A DNA stretch of 64,000 bases, taken from Polyangiaceae bacterium. GTDB taxonomy: Bacteria > Myxococcota_A > Polyangia > Polyangiales > Polyangiaceae. Under the pieces are notes generated by a model. It ran no database searches. It had not been told where the DNA came from and saw only the letters and a list, made by a program, of their open reading frames with translations. Numbering within the stretch: the first letter of the stretch is position 1; each line of letters opens with the position of its first letter. Location of the stretch: NCBI GenBank assembly GCA_035063585.1, contig JAPSGB010000003.1, positions 256,001-320,000 on the forward strand. The letters are read 5' to 3'. The position numbers and the translations under genes are program-made. Shown here piece by piece: positions 17,490 through 26,638 of this stretch.

Positions 17490-19598
17490 TCAGTGGCCGT
17501 CGCGGTTTCGCTCGTCGATTCGCCGCAACCCCTCGAGGATCAGGCTCTCTGCGCTCGCCTGGATGGTGCACTCGGGGGGCTGGAACGAGGGCTCCAGCGT
17601 AAAGCTGCCCTCGGTGAACCCGAGCAGCTCGTAGAACGCCTCCGCGCCTGCGAGGGAGCCCGCGGTCGCGTGGACGACGCGACCCTCGAGCAAGTGGACC
17701 TCACCCTCCCGCGAGCCCGAGCGCAAGGTGAGCCGCCCGCTCTTGCGGCTCTGCCCGAGGATCTGCGTGAGATCCGGTAAGCTCATGTCCGAGAGCGAGC
17801 CGGCGACGCCGGCGCTCACGTCGCGCCGCGAGCGCGGCGGCGCGGTGAGCCGCCTGAGCTTGCCAGCGAGCACGTCGCCGCTGGTCGGCTTGACCACGTA
17901 GTCTTGCGCGCCGATGGCGAAGCCGCGATCGATGCTCGCGGTGTCCGACGCGCGCGCGACGAAGAAGAACGGCAAGTCGCGCGTGCTGCTGCCTTCGCGC
18001 AGGCGCGCGAGCAGCTCGAACCCATCGTAGGGCTCGAGCTCCGTCTCCGAGAGCACGTAGCCGATCGTCCCCGACTCCGCGATGGCGAGCGCGTCGCTCG
18101 AGCTGCGCGCCACGAGCACCTCGAACCCCTGCGCGACCAGCCGGAGCTCGAGCACCGTCGCCTCCTCGAGGTTCGGCTCGACGAGCAGCACCTGCGGCAC
18201 GCTACCGGCGAGCTTTTTCCGTAGATCCTCCCCGGTGACCAAGAGCGACAAGTGCGCGACCAGCTCCGGATCGAAGAGCGTCCCCTTGAGCTTGTCGACG
18301 ACGGTGAGCGCCTCGGCGTGGTCGAGCAGGCGCCGGTAGGGGTTGCGGGGGTTCTGCGTCAGGTCGGAGTACGTGTCGCAGATGGAGAGGACTCGCGCGC
18401 CGAGCGGGATGCCGTTGCCCGAGAGCCGAGCGGGGAAACCTTGCCCGTCCCAGCGCTCGTACATGGCGGCGACGGAGGAGGTCGAGGCGCTCGGCAACGC
18501 GACGCTCTCGAGCAGCCGCACCGGGGTCTGCGCGAGCTTCTCGGCGGCGCTGCGGTGGGTCGCGTACTGCGCCACGTTCAGCGCGGTCAGGTGGTAGGCG
18601 ACCGGCTTACCGATGTCGTGCAGGTTACCGGCGAGGCTCAGCTCGATTTGACCGAGCTCGTCGAGCCCCACGCGCCGGCCGAGCTCGCGTCCGAGCCGCG
18701 CGACCGAGGCGGAGTGCCCGCGGAACTCGTCCCGCGAGCTCTCGTTCAACGCCACCATCACGCTCAGCATCTCCGCGAGATCGACCAGTCGTCGATCGGG
18801 GCCGCCGCGCGCCCGCGGCTGGGTCTCCCGCGACGCGACGAGCAATGCCGGCGGAGGTTCGATGGTCATGGGCGCCGTCACGCTGCGCGGTGAGCGTGCC
18901 GGCGCTTCGGCCGCGCTCCGAGTGCGAGTCGTCGGCTGACCCGGAGCGGCCGCCTCGTTCGTGGCGACGCCGCCCGGCGCGGGCGTCAGGAAGTACTCCT
19001 GCGCCGGCGCCTCGAGCTCGAGGGCCGGCGCCCCGGGTGGTCGCTTCGCGCGTGGGCGGTCGCCTTGGGTGAGGCCGCGCTCGCTGAAGTCGAGGTTGCC
19101 GTGGAGCTGCGTGAACGTGTCGGGGGCGATCTCGGAGAACGACTGGATCTCGCCCCCGTACCACTTGCGGATGAGCGCTCTTACCGCGGCTGGACGCGCA
19201 ACGTACGTCTTCACGCTCTTCGCGCCGGTGGCGATGGCGAGTTGCTTGATGAGCTCTGGGTTCCCGGCGTCCGGCGCGACGAAGGAGAGCGTCTGCGACG
19301 CGTCGTCGAAGCGCACCGGGAAGGCGAGGAGCTTCTCCGCGGTTCGCACCGGCACCAGGCGCAGGAGGCGGTCGTGGATCTGCGAGGTGGAGAGCTTCGA
19401 GGTCGGCACGTACCCGGTCTGGCTCTTCTCGGCGACGAACTTCAGGAGCGCTGCCTCACCGATCGCGCCGACCCGCAGCAGCGCCTCCTCCATGCGCTCG
19501 CCATGGAGCTTCATGTTGGCTCGCGCCGTCGCGTAGTCCTCTTGCGAAATGAGCCCCTCCGCTCGCAATCGCTCGCCGATCCAGGTGGGCGACCACAT
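17490..19598 (-). CDS. Multidomain signalling protein: MshEN/T2SSE_N, degenerate HD-GYP, atypical REC, DUF4388
   Basis: IGERLRAEGLIS; GHS..LHDIGK..ERWDGQGFP..ICDTY; REC fold with DYVVKP; GSLSDMSLPDLTQIL..RKSG.L..LILEGLRRIDE. Confidence 0.85.
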   Translation of the reverse strand: MWSPTWIGERLRAEGLISQEDYATARANMKLHGERMEEALLRVGAIGEAALLKFVAEKSQTGYVPTSKLSTSQIHDRLLRLVPVRTAEKLLAFPVRFDDASQTLSFVAPDAGNPELIKQLAIATGAKSVKTYVARPAAVRALIRKWYGGEIQSFSEIAPDTFTQLHGNLDFSERGLTQGDRPRAKRPPGAPALELEAPAQEYFLTPAPGGVATNEAAAPGQPTTRTRSAAEAPARSPRSVTAPMTIEPPPALLVASRETQPRARGGPDRRLVDLAEMLSVMVALNESSRDEFRGHSASVARLGRELGRRVGLDELGQIELSLAGNLHDIGKPVAYHLTALNVAQYATHRSAAEKLAQTPVRLLESVALPSASTSSVAAMYERWDGQGFPARLSGNGIPLGARVLSICDTYSDLTQNPRNPYRRLLDHAEALTVVDKLKGTLFDPELVAHLSLLVTGEDLRKKLAGSVPQVLLVEPNLEEATVLELRLVAQGFEVLVARSSSDALAIAESGTIGYVLSETELEPYDGFELLARLREGSSTRDLPFFFVARASDTASIDRGFAIGAQDYVVKPTSGDVLAGKLRRLTAPPRSRRDVSAGVAGSLSDMSLPDLTQILGQSRKSGRLTLRSGSREGEVHLLEGRVVHATAGSLAGAEAFYELLGFTEGSFTLEPSFQPPECTIQASAESLILEGLRRIDERNRDGH

Positions 19599-19707
19599 CG
19601 AAGCGAATGCTCGGATCCACCGCGCCTCGCGTCAACCGCGCTCGCTGGCGCAGGTGATGCGCCGGCGCATCCGACACTTGACTACCTTCGCGCACGCGGG
19701 CGGCGGC

Positions 19708-20361
19708 TCAGAAGAGGATGCTCACGCCGGCCGAGACGTACGGGGTGCCGAGTCGCACGGTCGCGCCCACGGTGTCCGAGAACATGAAGCGCGCGCCGAG
19801 CCACAAGACCGGCTCGAGATCCGTCGAGCTCGTGCTCCCATCGCAGACGCCGTTCGGCCCGCAGCGCGGGTCGAGATAGCGGTAGTCCCAGCGGCTGTGC
19901 TCGATGGCGAGGCCAGGCTCACCGAACACGCTGATCACTTTGGTCAAGTAGAAGTTCCACTTGAGGACCACGGGAACCCAGAAGTCATTGCCTCTGCACT
20001 GATCGTCGGGGACCGGTCCGCCGTTCCAGCGATAGTCGCCCCAGCCCCAGCAATTCCCGCTGAAATGCGCCCAGTCGAGCCCGACGCCGATGGCCATGTC
20101 GTTGTTGATCTTGGGGATCGGGCCGTTGCCGAGGAACGGGATGTTCACGCGCGCACCGAGCCCGTAGCCGTCGGTGGCGAGCAGGCGATAGGACCACTGG
20201 AGGAGGAGGTGCGGCTCGAGCTCGACCGAATACTTCGGGTGGTTGCCGGGCTCCTTGATCTGGGCTCCGGCCGGGGCCGCAGCGAGCAGCGTGCCAGCGA
20301 AGGCCGCGACCGCCGCAACCATCGACACGAGCATGCGTGAGCTGGTCGTTCGAGAGGTCAT
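19708..20361 (-). CDS. Small outer-membrane beta-barrel protein
   Basis: Signal peptide (APAGA), beta-strands, C-terminal VSAGVSILF ending in Phe. Confidence 0.7.
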   Translation of the reverse strand: MTSRTTSSRMLVSMVAAVAAFAGTLLAAAPAGAQIKEPGNHPKYSVELEPHLLLQWSYRLLATDGYGLGARVNIPFLGNGPIPKINNDMAIGVGLDWAHFSGNCWGWGDYRWNGGPVPDDQCRGNDFWVPVVLKWNFYLTKVISVFGEPGLAIEHSRWDYRYLDPRCGPNGVCDGSTSSTDLEPVLWLGARFMFSDTVGATVRLGTPYVSAGVSILF

Positions 20362-20529
20362 GTTCCGGCTAGTACTAGACCACCTGCTGGCGGTCGGGAA
20401 CGGCCATCCGGCGCGGCGGCGGCGCGCGACCTCGGCTCGATGGCCGGTGCCGCGCCAGGGCGACGTCGCGGAGGGCTGCGCCCGAGGGGGAGCGGTCCCG
20501 CGCCGAACCGACCACCACCCGATGGCGGC

Positions 20530-21276
20530 TCAGTCGAGCAGGCTGGGGCCGAGCGCCCAGCGGCAGAACTCGTCGGCGCGCGCGCGCTCGGCGTCGCTCT
20601 GATCCTTCCAGCGCGCGCCGAGGTACTCATGGAAGAGTTGGATGGCGATGCCGCCGACGCCGTGGCCGGGTGGCGCGCCCTGACGTTCGTGCTCCCACTC
20701 GGCCTGCTCGCACGCGCTGGCGCGGAGCTCCGGTGAGCGCGCCGGGCCGAGCCCGACGCGCTGGTAGGCGAGCGCGCCCGAGATCTGCTGCGGCACGCCG
20801 ATGACGCGCTCCGGTTCGCGCACCGCGTCCATGGTGAGGAGCGCGGCGCCCGCGGCGTAGTTGGCGGCCAGGCCGGCGTAGCGGCACACGACCAGGTCCG
20901 CGTGTTCGTCGAGCAGGGTCGGGGCGCCGCGCGCGAGCTGCTTCGTCGCGGACGCCACTGCCTCCACGGTCTTTCTCTCCACGGCGACCACCGAGTTGAA
21001 GGCGTCGTTGCGGAGCCGCGCGAGCCGCTCCGGATCGTTGCCGCGCTCGGCCCAGCCCTCGGTCAGGTCGAGCCCCTCGAGCAGGAGCGCGTTCGAGCCG
21101 GGCGGGCTGCAGGCGCGGACCGCGAAACGCGCGAGCGTCACCGCAATCATGAGGAGGCCGCGGTGCGTGGCGTCGCCCGGCCGAGCGAGCTTGCCCGCGC
21201 GCTCGAACGCTGGGAGCGCCGCGCCAGTGAACTGGTCCGCGGCGCGAACTACGCGGAGGCCTGGAGATCGGGTCAT
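20530..21276 (-). CDS. Hypothetical all-alpha protein (weak Imm5-like resemblance)
   Basis: Long ORF with strong GC3 bias; helical Ala/Leu-rich pattern. Confidence 0.55.
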   Translation of the reverse strand: MTRSPGLRVVRAADQFTGAALPAFERAGKLARPGDATHRGLLMIAVTLARFAVRACSPPGSNALLLEGLDLTEGWAERGNDPERLARLRNDAFNSVVAVERKTVEAVASATKQLARGAPTLLDEHADLVVCRYAGLAANYAAGAALLTMDAVREPERVIGVPQQISGALAYQRVGLGPARSPELRASACEQAEWEHERQGAPPGHGVGGIAIQLFHEYLGARWKDQSDAERARADEFCRWALGPSLLD

Positions 21277-21299
21277 CGGCGCGGTAGACTAGCGAAAGC

Positions 21300-22250
21300 A
21301 TGATGCGCCGTCCTGCACGACGTGGTCCGTGGGCGATGATCGCGCTCTTCACGGTCGCCTGCTCGCTCGATCAGCAAGGGACGGGCAATGGCCTGCTCCT
21401 CGACGGCGGCGTGGCGGCGAGCGGCGGAGCGGACGCCAGCGGCGCGAGCGGAGCCGCGGGAGCGCCCGGGACGGGCGGCAATGGCCAGTGGCCCGACGCG
21501 GCGGCCGGCGCTGGCGGCGCGACGGGCGGCGCGGGCGGCGCGGGCGGCGCGGGCGGCGCGACGGGCGGCGCGGGCGGCGCGACGGGCGGCGCGGGCGGCG
21601 CGACGGGCGGCACGGGCGGCACCGGCGGCGCGACGGGCGGCACCGGCGGCACCGGCGGCGCAGCGGCGCTCATCCAGGGCGTCGAGGTGTCGCTCGAGCT
21701 CGACCACGACGCCTGCGGCGAGCTCGTCATCAAGCTCACTGGCCCGGACGCCACCACCCTCACGCTGGCGAGCCGGCCCGGCTACGCCGAGTCCAAGGAC
21801 GACGGCGCCGGAAACGACCGCGGCGCGGGCGCCGGGCTCGAGCGCGACTCACCCATCACCTTCAACGACTCGGCGACGACGAGCGCGGAGGACATGGGTG
21901 TCGGGCTGGATTGGGACGAGAGCGTCTGTAAGGATCCCCCGGAGGGGCAAGGCGCGGGGCTCTGCGAGTTTCATCCCGCGCGCGGGGCCGCCGCCGGGGC
22001 TGACACGTTCGCGCAGGCGTTCGCAGGGAAGCCACCCGCCGGCGTCTGGAGCCTCTGCGTGGGGGATAGCTACCGCGGGCAGTATAACGGCCAGGGGAAC
22101 CTTCGCGGATGGACGCTTCGCGTCCGCACCTCCCCGGGCGAAGCGCTCGTGAAGTCTCTGGGCGTGCCCGCGAGCGAGCAGCAAATCCCCGACGCTGCAT
22201 ATAAGGGCACGACCGCCAGCATGCGCTGCAGCAGTATCACCTTGCCCTGA
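21300..22250 (+). CDS. Lipoprotein with Gly-rich linker and proprotein-convertase P-domain
   Basis: Lipobox FTVAC; GGA/GGT repeats; VEVSLELDH..GEL.IKL.GPD..GVWSL.V.D..G.L.GWTL. Confidence 0.75.
   Translation: MMRRPARRGPWAMIALFTVACSLDQQGTGNGLLLDGGVAASGGADASGASGAAGAPGTGGNGQWPDAAAGAGGATGGAGGAGGAGGATGGAGGATGGAGGATGGTGGTGGATGGTGGTGGAAALIQGVEVSLELDHDACGELVIKLTGPDATTLTLASRPGYAESKDDGAGNDRGAGAGLERDSPITFNDSATTSAEDMGVGLDWDESVCKDPPEGQGAGLCEFHPARGAAAGADTFAQAFAGKPPAGVWSLCVGDSYRGQYNGQGNLRGWTLRVRTSPGEALVKSLGVPASEQQIPDAAYKGTTASMRCSSITLP
21512..21661 (+). repeat. Low-complexity 9/12-bp tandem repeats encoding a GGA/GGAT/GGT linker
   Basis: Repeated gcgggcggc and gcgacgggcggc units. Confidence 0.85.
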
Positions 22251-22254
22251 GCGC

Positions 22255-23466
22255 TCACTCCACGCTGCGAAGATCGCGCGTGTTGTAGCCCATCAGAAAG
22301 AGCAGCAGATCGAGCCGCTCGTGGTGGTTCAGGCTCATGTCCGCCACCTCTTGCAGCTTCGGCTTGGCGTGGAAAGCGATGCCGAGCCCCGCGGTCTGCA
22401 GCATCTTCATGTCGTTCGCGCCGTCGCCGATCGCGACCGTCTGCTCGAGCCGGACGCCGTAGACCTTGGCCATGTCCTTCAAGATCTGGTTCTTGCGCTC
22501 GCCGTCGACGATGCTGCCCTGAACCCGCCCGGTCACGATGCCGTCCTTCACCTCGAGCTCGTTCGAGAAGGCGAAATCGAGACCGAACCGCGATTTCAGC
22601 ACCTCGACGAAGAAATCGAATCCGCCGCTCACGAGCCCGACGCGGTAACCGAGGCTCTTCAGCGTCTTCACCAGGCGATCCGCGCCCGGGGTGAGCTCGA
22701 ACCGGCTCGACAGCTCTTGCGCGCGAGAGAGCGGCAGCCCCGCGAGCAGCTTCACGCGCTCGGTGAGCGCCTCCTTGAACTCGAGCTCGCCGCGCATGGC
22801 CCGCGCCGTGATGCTCGCGACCTCGTCCTTCACGCCCACCAGCGCCGCCAGCTCATCGATGAGCTCGCCCTTCACGAAGGTCGAGTCGACGTCCATGCAC
22901 ACGAGCCGCTTGTTGCGCCGGAAGATGTCGTCCTTCTGCACGGCGAGATCCACGCCGAGCTCGCCGCCGAGGGTGAGCACCTCGCCGCGGAGCGCGGTGA
23001 CCGCGGCGTCATCGAACGGCTGATCCGCAGCCACGCCGGCGATGAGCTCGAGCCCGCTCAGGTTGTCCTCGCTGAGCGAACGGATCTCGAGCAAGTTCAT
23101 GCTGTGTGAGGCGAGAAACTGCGTGATGCGCGCGATCGCGGTGCCGTCGCCGAGCTGCCCGAGCACGGTGACGCAGATCGCCGGCACGTCGCGGCGACGC
23201 GCGGAGCCCGCCGGATGGAACGCCGACACCTCGAGGCGCAGGCCCTGTTCGGCCACGTCGAACAGGATCCGGCGGAGCGCGTTCGAGCCCGACGGGATGT
23301 CGACGATCGCGCTCAAGACGAGATAGCCGTGCAGCGTGGACTGACCAATGTTGATGAGCCGCGCGCGCTCGCTCGCGATGGTCTCGGCCAGCCGCGCAGT
23401 GACGCCGGGGCGATCCGCGCCGGCGATGTGGAGGACGATGCGCTCGGGATAGTCTGTCGGGCTCAT
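22255..23466 (-). CDS. serB: Phosphoserine phosphatase with two ACT domains
   Basis: GADRPGVT ACT motif; HAD motif DVDST, VSGGF, K, GDGAND. Confidence 0.93.
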   Translation of the reverse strand: MSPTDYPERIVLHIAGADRPGVTARLAETIASERARLINIGQSTLHGYLVLSAIVDIPSGSNALRRILFDVAEQGLRLEVSAFHPAGSARRRDVPAICVTVLGQLGDGTAIARITQFLASHSMNLLEIRSLSEDNLSGLELIAGVAADQPFDDAAVTALRGEVLTLGGELGVDLAVQKDDIFRRNKRLVCMDVDSTFVKGELIDELAALVGVKDEVASITARAMRGELEFKEALTERVKLLAGLPLSRAQELSSRFELTPGADRLVKTLKSLGYRVGLVSGGFDFFVEVLKSRFGLDFAFSNELEVKDGIVTGRVQGSIVDGERKNQILKDMAKVYGVRLEQTVAIGDGANDMKMLQTAGLGIAFHAKPKLQEVADMSLNHHERLDLLLFLMGYNTRDLRSVE

Positions 23467-23582
23467 GGAGGCCGGCGCGGGCATACGAGATGCGCCCCGA
23501 GCGCGCAAGCCGCGCGCGCCTGCAGGCTCGGGGATGGGGTGCCGGAGCGGCGCGGAACCCGCGGGGCGCGAGCCCGCGAGGC

Positions 23583-23975
23583 TCAGCTCTGCGGATGTCC
23601 CGGCGCCGGGATGGTGATGAGGAGCGCCGTCTCTTCGCGCGCCTCCACGTCGTGCTCGGCCCCGGGCGCGAGGATCTGCAGATCGCCGGCGACGAGCTCC
23701 GAGGACGCGGCTCCGAGCCGCAGCGTGGCTCGCCCGCTCACCGCTTGGATGGAGACCGGCTGCGCGACGCGGTGCTCGTGCAGGACCGCGTCCGCTCGGA
23801 GGAGGACCAGCACGACGGTGAGCTCGCGCCGCTTCACGAGCGTCCGCGCGGCCTGCCCGGTGCTCTCGAAGAGCGAGGTCGCGCGGAGCTCCTCGGTGAG
23901 CCTCGAGAGAGAGAAGCGCCCGTCGGGGGTCGGGACGAAATGAGGGATCGCGGGTTCGGTGACGTCGGGTTGCAT
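23583..23975 (-). CDS. Cupin domain protein
   Basis: ARTLVK..LHEH..ISIQAVSG-like segment..L.AGD..H.VEA.EE..LLITI; AGGAGG RBS before ATG 23975. Confidence 0.8.
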   Translation of the reverse strand: MQPDVTEPAIPHFVPTPDGRFSLSRLTEELRATSLFESTGQAARTLVKRRELTVVLVLLRADAVLHEHRVAQPVSIQAVSGRATLRLGAASSELVAGDLQILAPGAEHDVEAREETALLITIPAPGHPQS

Positions 23976-24108
23976 GTGAACCTCCTGACTGACGAGATGC
24001 ATCTTCTGGGCCAACCAAGGGCGGCGTCGAGCTCGGCGGTCGGCGCGAGCGTGCCGAAGAATCCGTCGGGCGCTCGCCTCGCTGGTGGCAGACTCCGACC
24101 GGTCGACG

Positions 24109-24648
24109 ATGAAATCCGCTGCGCCTCCCGAGCTCTGGACCATCGGGCACTCGACGCGGAGCCTCGACGAGCTGGTCGAGCTGCTCCGCGCGCACCGCGT
24201 CGAGCTCGTGGCGGATGTCCGCACCGTGCCGCGGTCGCGGACCAATCCGCAGTTCAACCTCGACGTCTTGCCGGACTCACTCGCGCTCGCGCGCATCGGC
24301 TACCAGCACCTCGCGGCGCTCGGCGGGCTCCGGCACGCGCGCAAGGACTCGAAGAGCCTCGGCTGGGAGAACGCGAGCTTCCGCGGTTTCGCCGACTACA
24401 TGCAGACCCCGGAGTTTCACGACGGGCTCGCCGAGCTCGAGGCGCTCGCGGCGAAGCGGCGCGTCGCGATCATGTGCGCCGAGGCGGTGCCGTGGCGCTG
24501 CCACCGCCGCATGATCGCCGACGCGTGGGTCGCGCGCGGCGGCGTGGTCCACCACATCATGAGCGTCGCGCGCGCCGACCTGCACACGCTCACGCCCTTC
24601 GCGCGCGTCCGCGGTGGGCACGTCACTTACCCGGCGAGCCACGATTGA
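24109..24648 (+). CDS. DUF488-family protein
   Basis: WTIGHSTR, DVRTVPRSR.NPQFN, LGGLR, MCAEAVPWRCHR. Confidence 0.92.
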   Translation: MKSAAPPELWTIGHSTRSLDELVELLRAHRVELVADVRTVPRSRTNPQFNLDVLPDSLALARIGYQHLAALGGLRHARKDSKSLGWENASFRGFADYMQTPEFHDGLAELEALAAKRRVAIMCAEAVPWRCHRRMIADAWVARGGVVHHIMSVARADLHTLTPFARVRGGHVTYPASHD

Positions 24649-25745
24649 GCGAGCGGGCTCGGCCGCAGCTCGCGATGTTCGCGCTCGCCGCGGGGGCCGG
24701 CGCGCTCGCGGTCCCCGTCTGGGTGGCGCTCCGCGCCGGCGGCGGCCCGTCCGCGCCCGCCGACTGGCACGGCTACGAGATGCTCTTCGGGTACGCCCTC
24801 GCGGTGGTGGCGGGCTTCCTCATCGGACCGGTGCCGCGCTGGGCCGTCGTGCTCCTCGCGACGTCCTGGAGCGCCGCGCAGCTCGCCGGCGCGCTCGCGC
24901 CCTTCGGGTGGCTTCACGCCGCGTGCTCGGCGCTCTTCGCGCTGACGGCCGCAGTGCTCGCCGCGCCCAAGCTGTTCCGCGGTCCGTCGAAGCTCGCGAA
25001 CCGGGTGTTCGGCCCGGTCGTCATCCTGCTCTGCGTCGACGCGGCGGTCGCGCCGTTCGCACCGGCCCTGCGCGCGCGCCTCCTGGTCGCCGGGCTCGAC
25101 CTCTTCACCGTGCTGCTCGTCTTCATGGGCGGGCGGATCATCGCCGCGGCCGCCGCTGGTCAGTACTACCGCCGCGGCGAGCGGCTCGACACCCGCGTAC
25201 AGCCGCGCATCGAGGGCGTCGCGCTGGTGCTCTTGCTCCTGCTCGCCTGGAACGACGTCCTCGCCGGCTCCGATGCGCTCGGCAGCGCGCTCGCGCTCGC
25301 CGCCGCCGGCGTGCTCACCGTGCGCTGGCTTCGCTGGCGCCTCTGGACGTGTCGGGGCGCGTGGAACCTGCTCGCGCTCGGGGTCGCGTACCTCTGGCTT
25401 CCGCTCGGGCTCGCCATCCGCGCCTCGTGGACGCTCCCGGTGTGGACGCGCCCCTTCGATGCGCTCCACGGGCTCACCGCTGGCGCGCTCGGCTCGCTCA
25501 CCCTGCTGGTGATGGGGCGGACACGCCTCATGGCGAGCGGGCGCGACCCGGAGCGCTCGCGCGTGCTCGCGGCCGCGGGGCTCGCGGTGAGCGCCGCGGC
25601 GAGCCTCCGGCTGCTCGCCGGGGTGCGCGCGCTCGGCGGCCGCGCGCCGCTGCTACTCGCGGCGGGCGCCGCGTGGGGGCTCGCGTTTCTCGCGCTCGGG
25701 GGGCTCCTCGCGCGGCTCCCGCGCGGCCCCGCCCGCAACCGATGA
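24645..25745 (+). CDS. nnrS: NnrS-family membrane protein (nitrosative stress)
   Basis: WHGYEMLFGYALAVVAGFL, GGRII, ALHGLTAGALG..M.R; TTG 24645 overlaps the DUF488 stop (ATG 24675 is an alternative). Confidence 0.85.
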   Translation: MSERARPQLAMFALAAGAGALAVPVWVALRAGGGPSAPADWHGYEMLFGYALAVVAGFLIGPVPRWAVVLLATSWSAAQLAGALAPFGWLHAACSALFALTAAVLAAPKLFRGPSKLANRVFGPVVILLCVDAAVAPFAPALRARLLVAGLDLFTVLLVFMGGRIIAAAAAGQYYRRGERLDTRVQPRIEGVALVLLLLLAWNDVLAGSDALGSALALAAAGVLTVRWLRWRLWTCRGAWNLLALGVAYLWLPLGLAIRASWTLPVWTRPFDALHGLTAGALGSLTLLVMGRTRLMASGRDPERSRVLAAAGLAVSAAASLRLLAGVRALGGRAPLLLAAGAAWGLAFLALGGLLARLPRGPARNR

Positions 25746-25755
25746 CCAAAATCAT
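25742..25755. promoter_or_regulatory. FNR/CRP-family-like box ATGAC-CAAA-ATCAT
   Basis: TGA-N6-TCA dyad 55 bp upstream of the methyltransferase ATG; a near-identical copy lies at 28364. Confidence 0.5.
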
Positions 25756-25777
25756 GGCGTCGCCGGCGGCCCTTCTT

Positions 25778-25796
25778 GATAATGAATTTCACATTC
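25778..25796. promoter_or_regulatory. Fur-box-like site GATAATGAATTTCACATTC
   Basis: 13/19 match to GATAATGATAATCATTATC, in an AT-rich patch just before the AGGAGG RBS. Confidence 0.45.
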
Positions 25797-25810
25797 AGTA
25801 AGGAGGTCGC

Positions 25811-26638
25811 ATGACCGCACCCGACATCGATCTGGCCCACGAGACGCCCGCTCACCACCTGTCGGTCGACAAGATGCCGGCGCACTGGCTCATGGCGCGC
25901 CTCGGCAAGCGCGTGCTCCGCCCGGGCGGCCTCGAGACCACGCGCTGGCTCATCGAGCACGCGCGCATCACCTCGGACGACGCGCTGGTCGAGCTCGCGC
26001 CGGGGATGGGGCTCACCGCCGAGCGACTGCTCGAGCAGCATCCCGCCAGCTACGTCGCGGTCGAGCGCGATCTGGACGCCGCCGCGCTCGTGCGCCGCGT
26101 GCTCGCGAGCTCAGGACACCCGAACGCGCGGCTCGTGCAAGGTGACGCGGCAGCGATGCCGCTCGAGGACGCCTCGGCGTCGCTCATCTTCGGCGAGGCG
26201 ATGTTGAGCATGCAGACCCTCCCGAAGAAGAAGCGCATCCTCGCCGAGGCGCGCCGCGTGCTCCGCGCCGGCGGTCGTTACGCGATCCACGAGCTCGCGG
26301 TGGTCCCGGAGGACATCGACGAGGCGCGGCTCGCGGCCATAGCGCGGGATCTCTCGGACTCCATCCACGTCGGTGTCCGCATCGGCACGCTCGCCGAGTG
26401 GCGCAGCTGGTTCGAGGAGGCAGGCTTCACGGTCGAGTCGACCTACCGCGCGCCCATGCGGCTCCTCGAGCTCGACCGGCTGGTCGCCGACGAGGGCGTG
26501 CTCGGCACCGCGCGCTTCATCGTGAACGCGGTGCGGACCCCGGGAGCGGTCAAGCGGCTGCGGAGCGTCCGCGCCTCGTTCCGCAAGCACATGGCGCATC
26601 TCGGCGCCATCGCGCTGGTCGCGCGCGCTCAGGCGTAA
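25811..26638 (+). CDS. Class I SAM-dependent methyltransferase
   Basis: LRPGG, VELAPGMG, GDA, GEAMLSM, RVLRAGGRYAIHE; AGGAGG RBS. Confidence 0.9.
   Translation: MTAPDIDLAHETPAHHLSVDKMPAHWLMARLGKRVLRPGGLETTRWLIEHARITSDDALVELAPGMGLTAERLLEQHPASYVAVERDLDAAALVRRVLASSGHPNARLVQGDAAAMPLEDASASLIFGEAMLSMQTLPKKKRILAEARRVLRAGGRYAIHELAVVPEDIDEARLAAIARDLSDSIHVGVRIGTLAEWRSWFEEAGFTVESTYRAPMRLLELDRLVADEGVLGTARFIVNAVRTPGAVKRLRSVRASFRKHMAHLGAIALVARAQA

Noticed and set aside
21512..21661. Tandem repeats as a CRISPR array or mobile-element repeat
   Set aside because: In-frame Gly/Ala/Thr linker codons with no unique spacers and no cas genes.
23467..24195. Apparent 243-aa N-terminal extension of SerB, and a similar extension of NnrS from 23490
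   Set aside because: These are open-frame run-ons overlapping the cupin and DUF488 genes; recognisable sequence starts at 23466 and about 24645.
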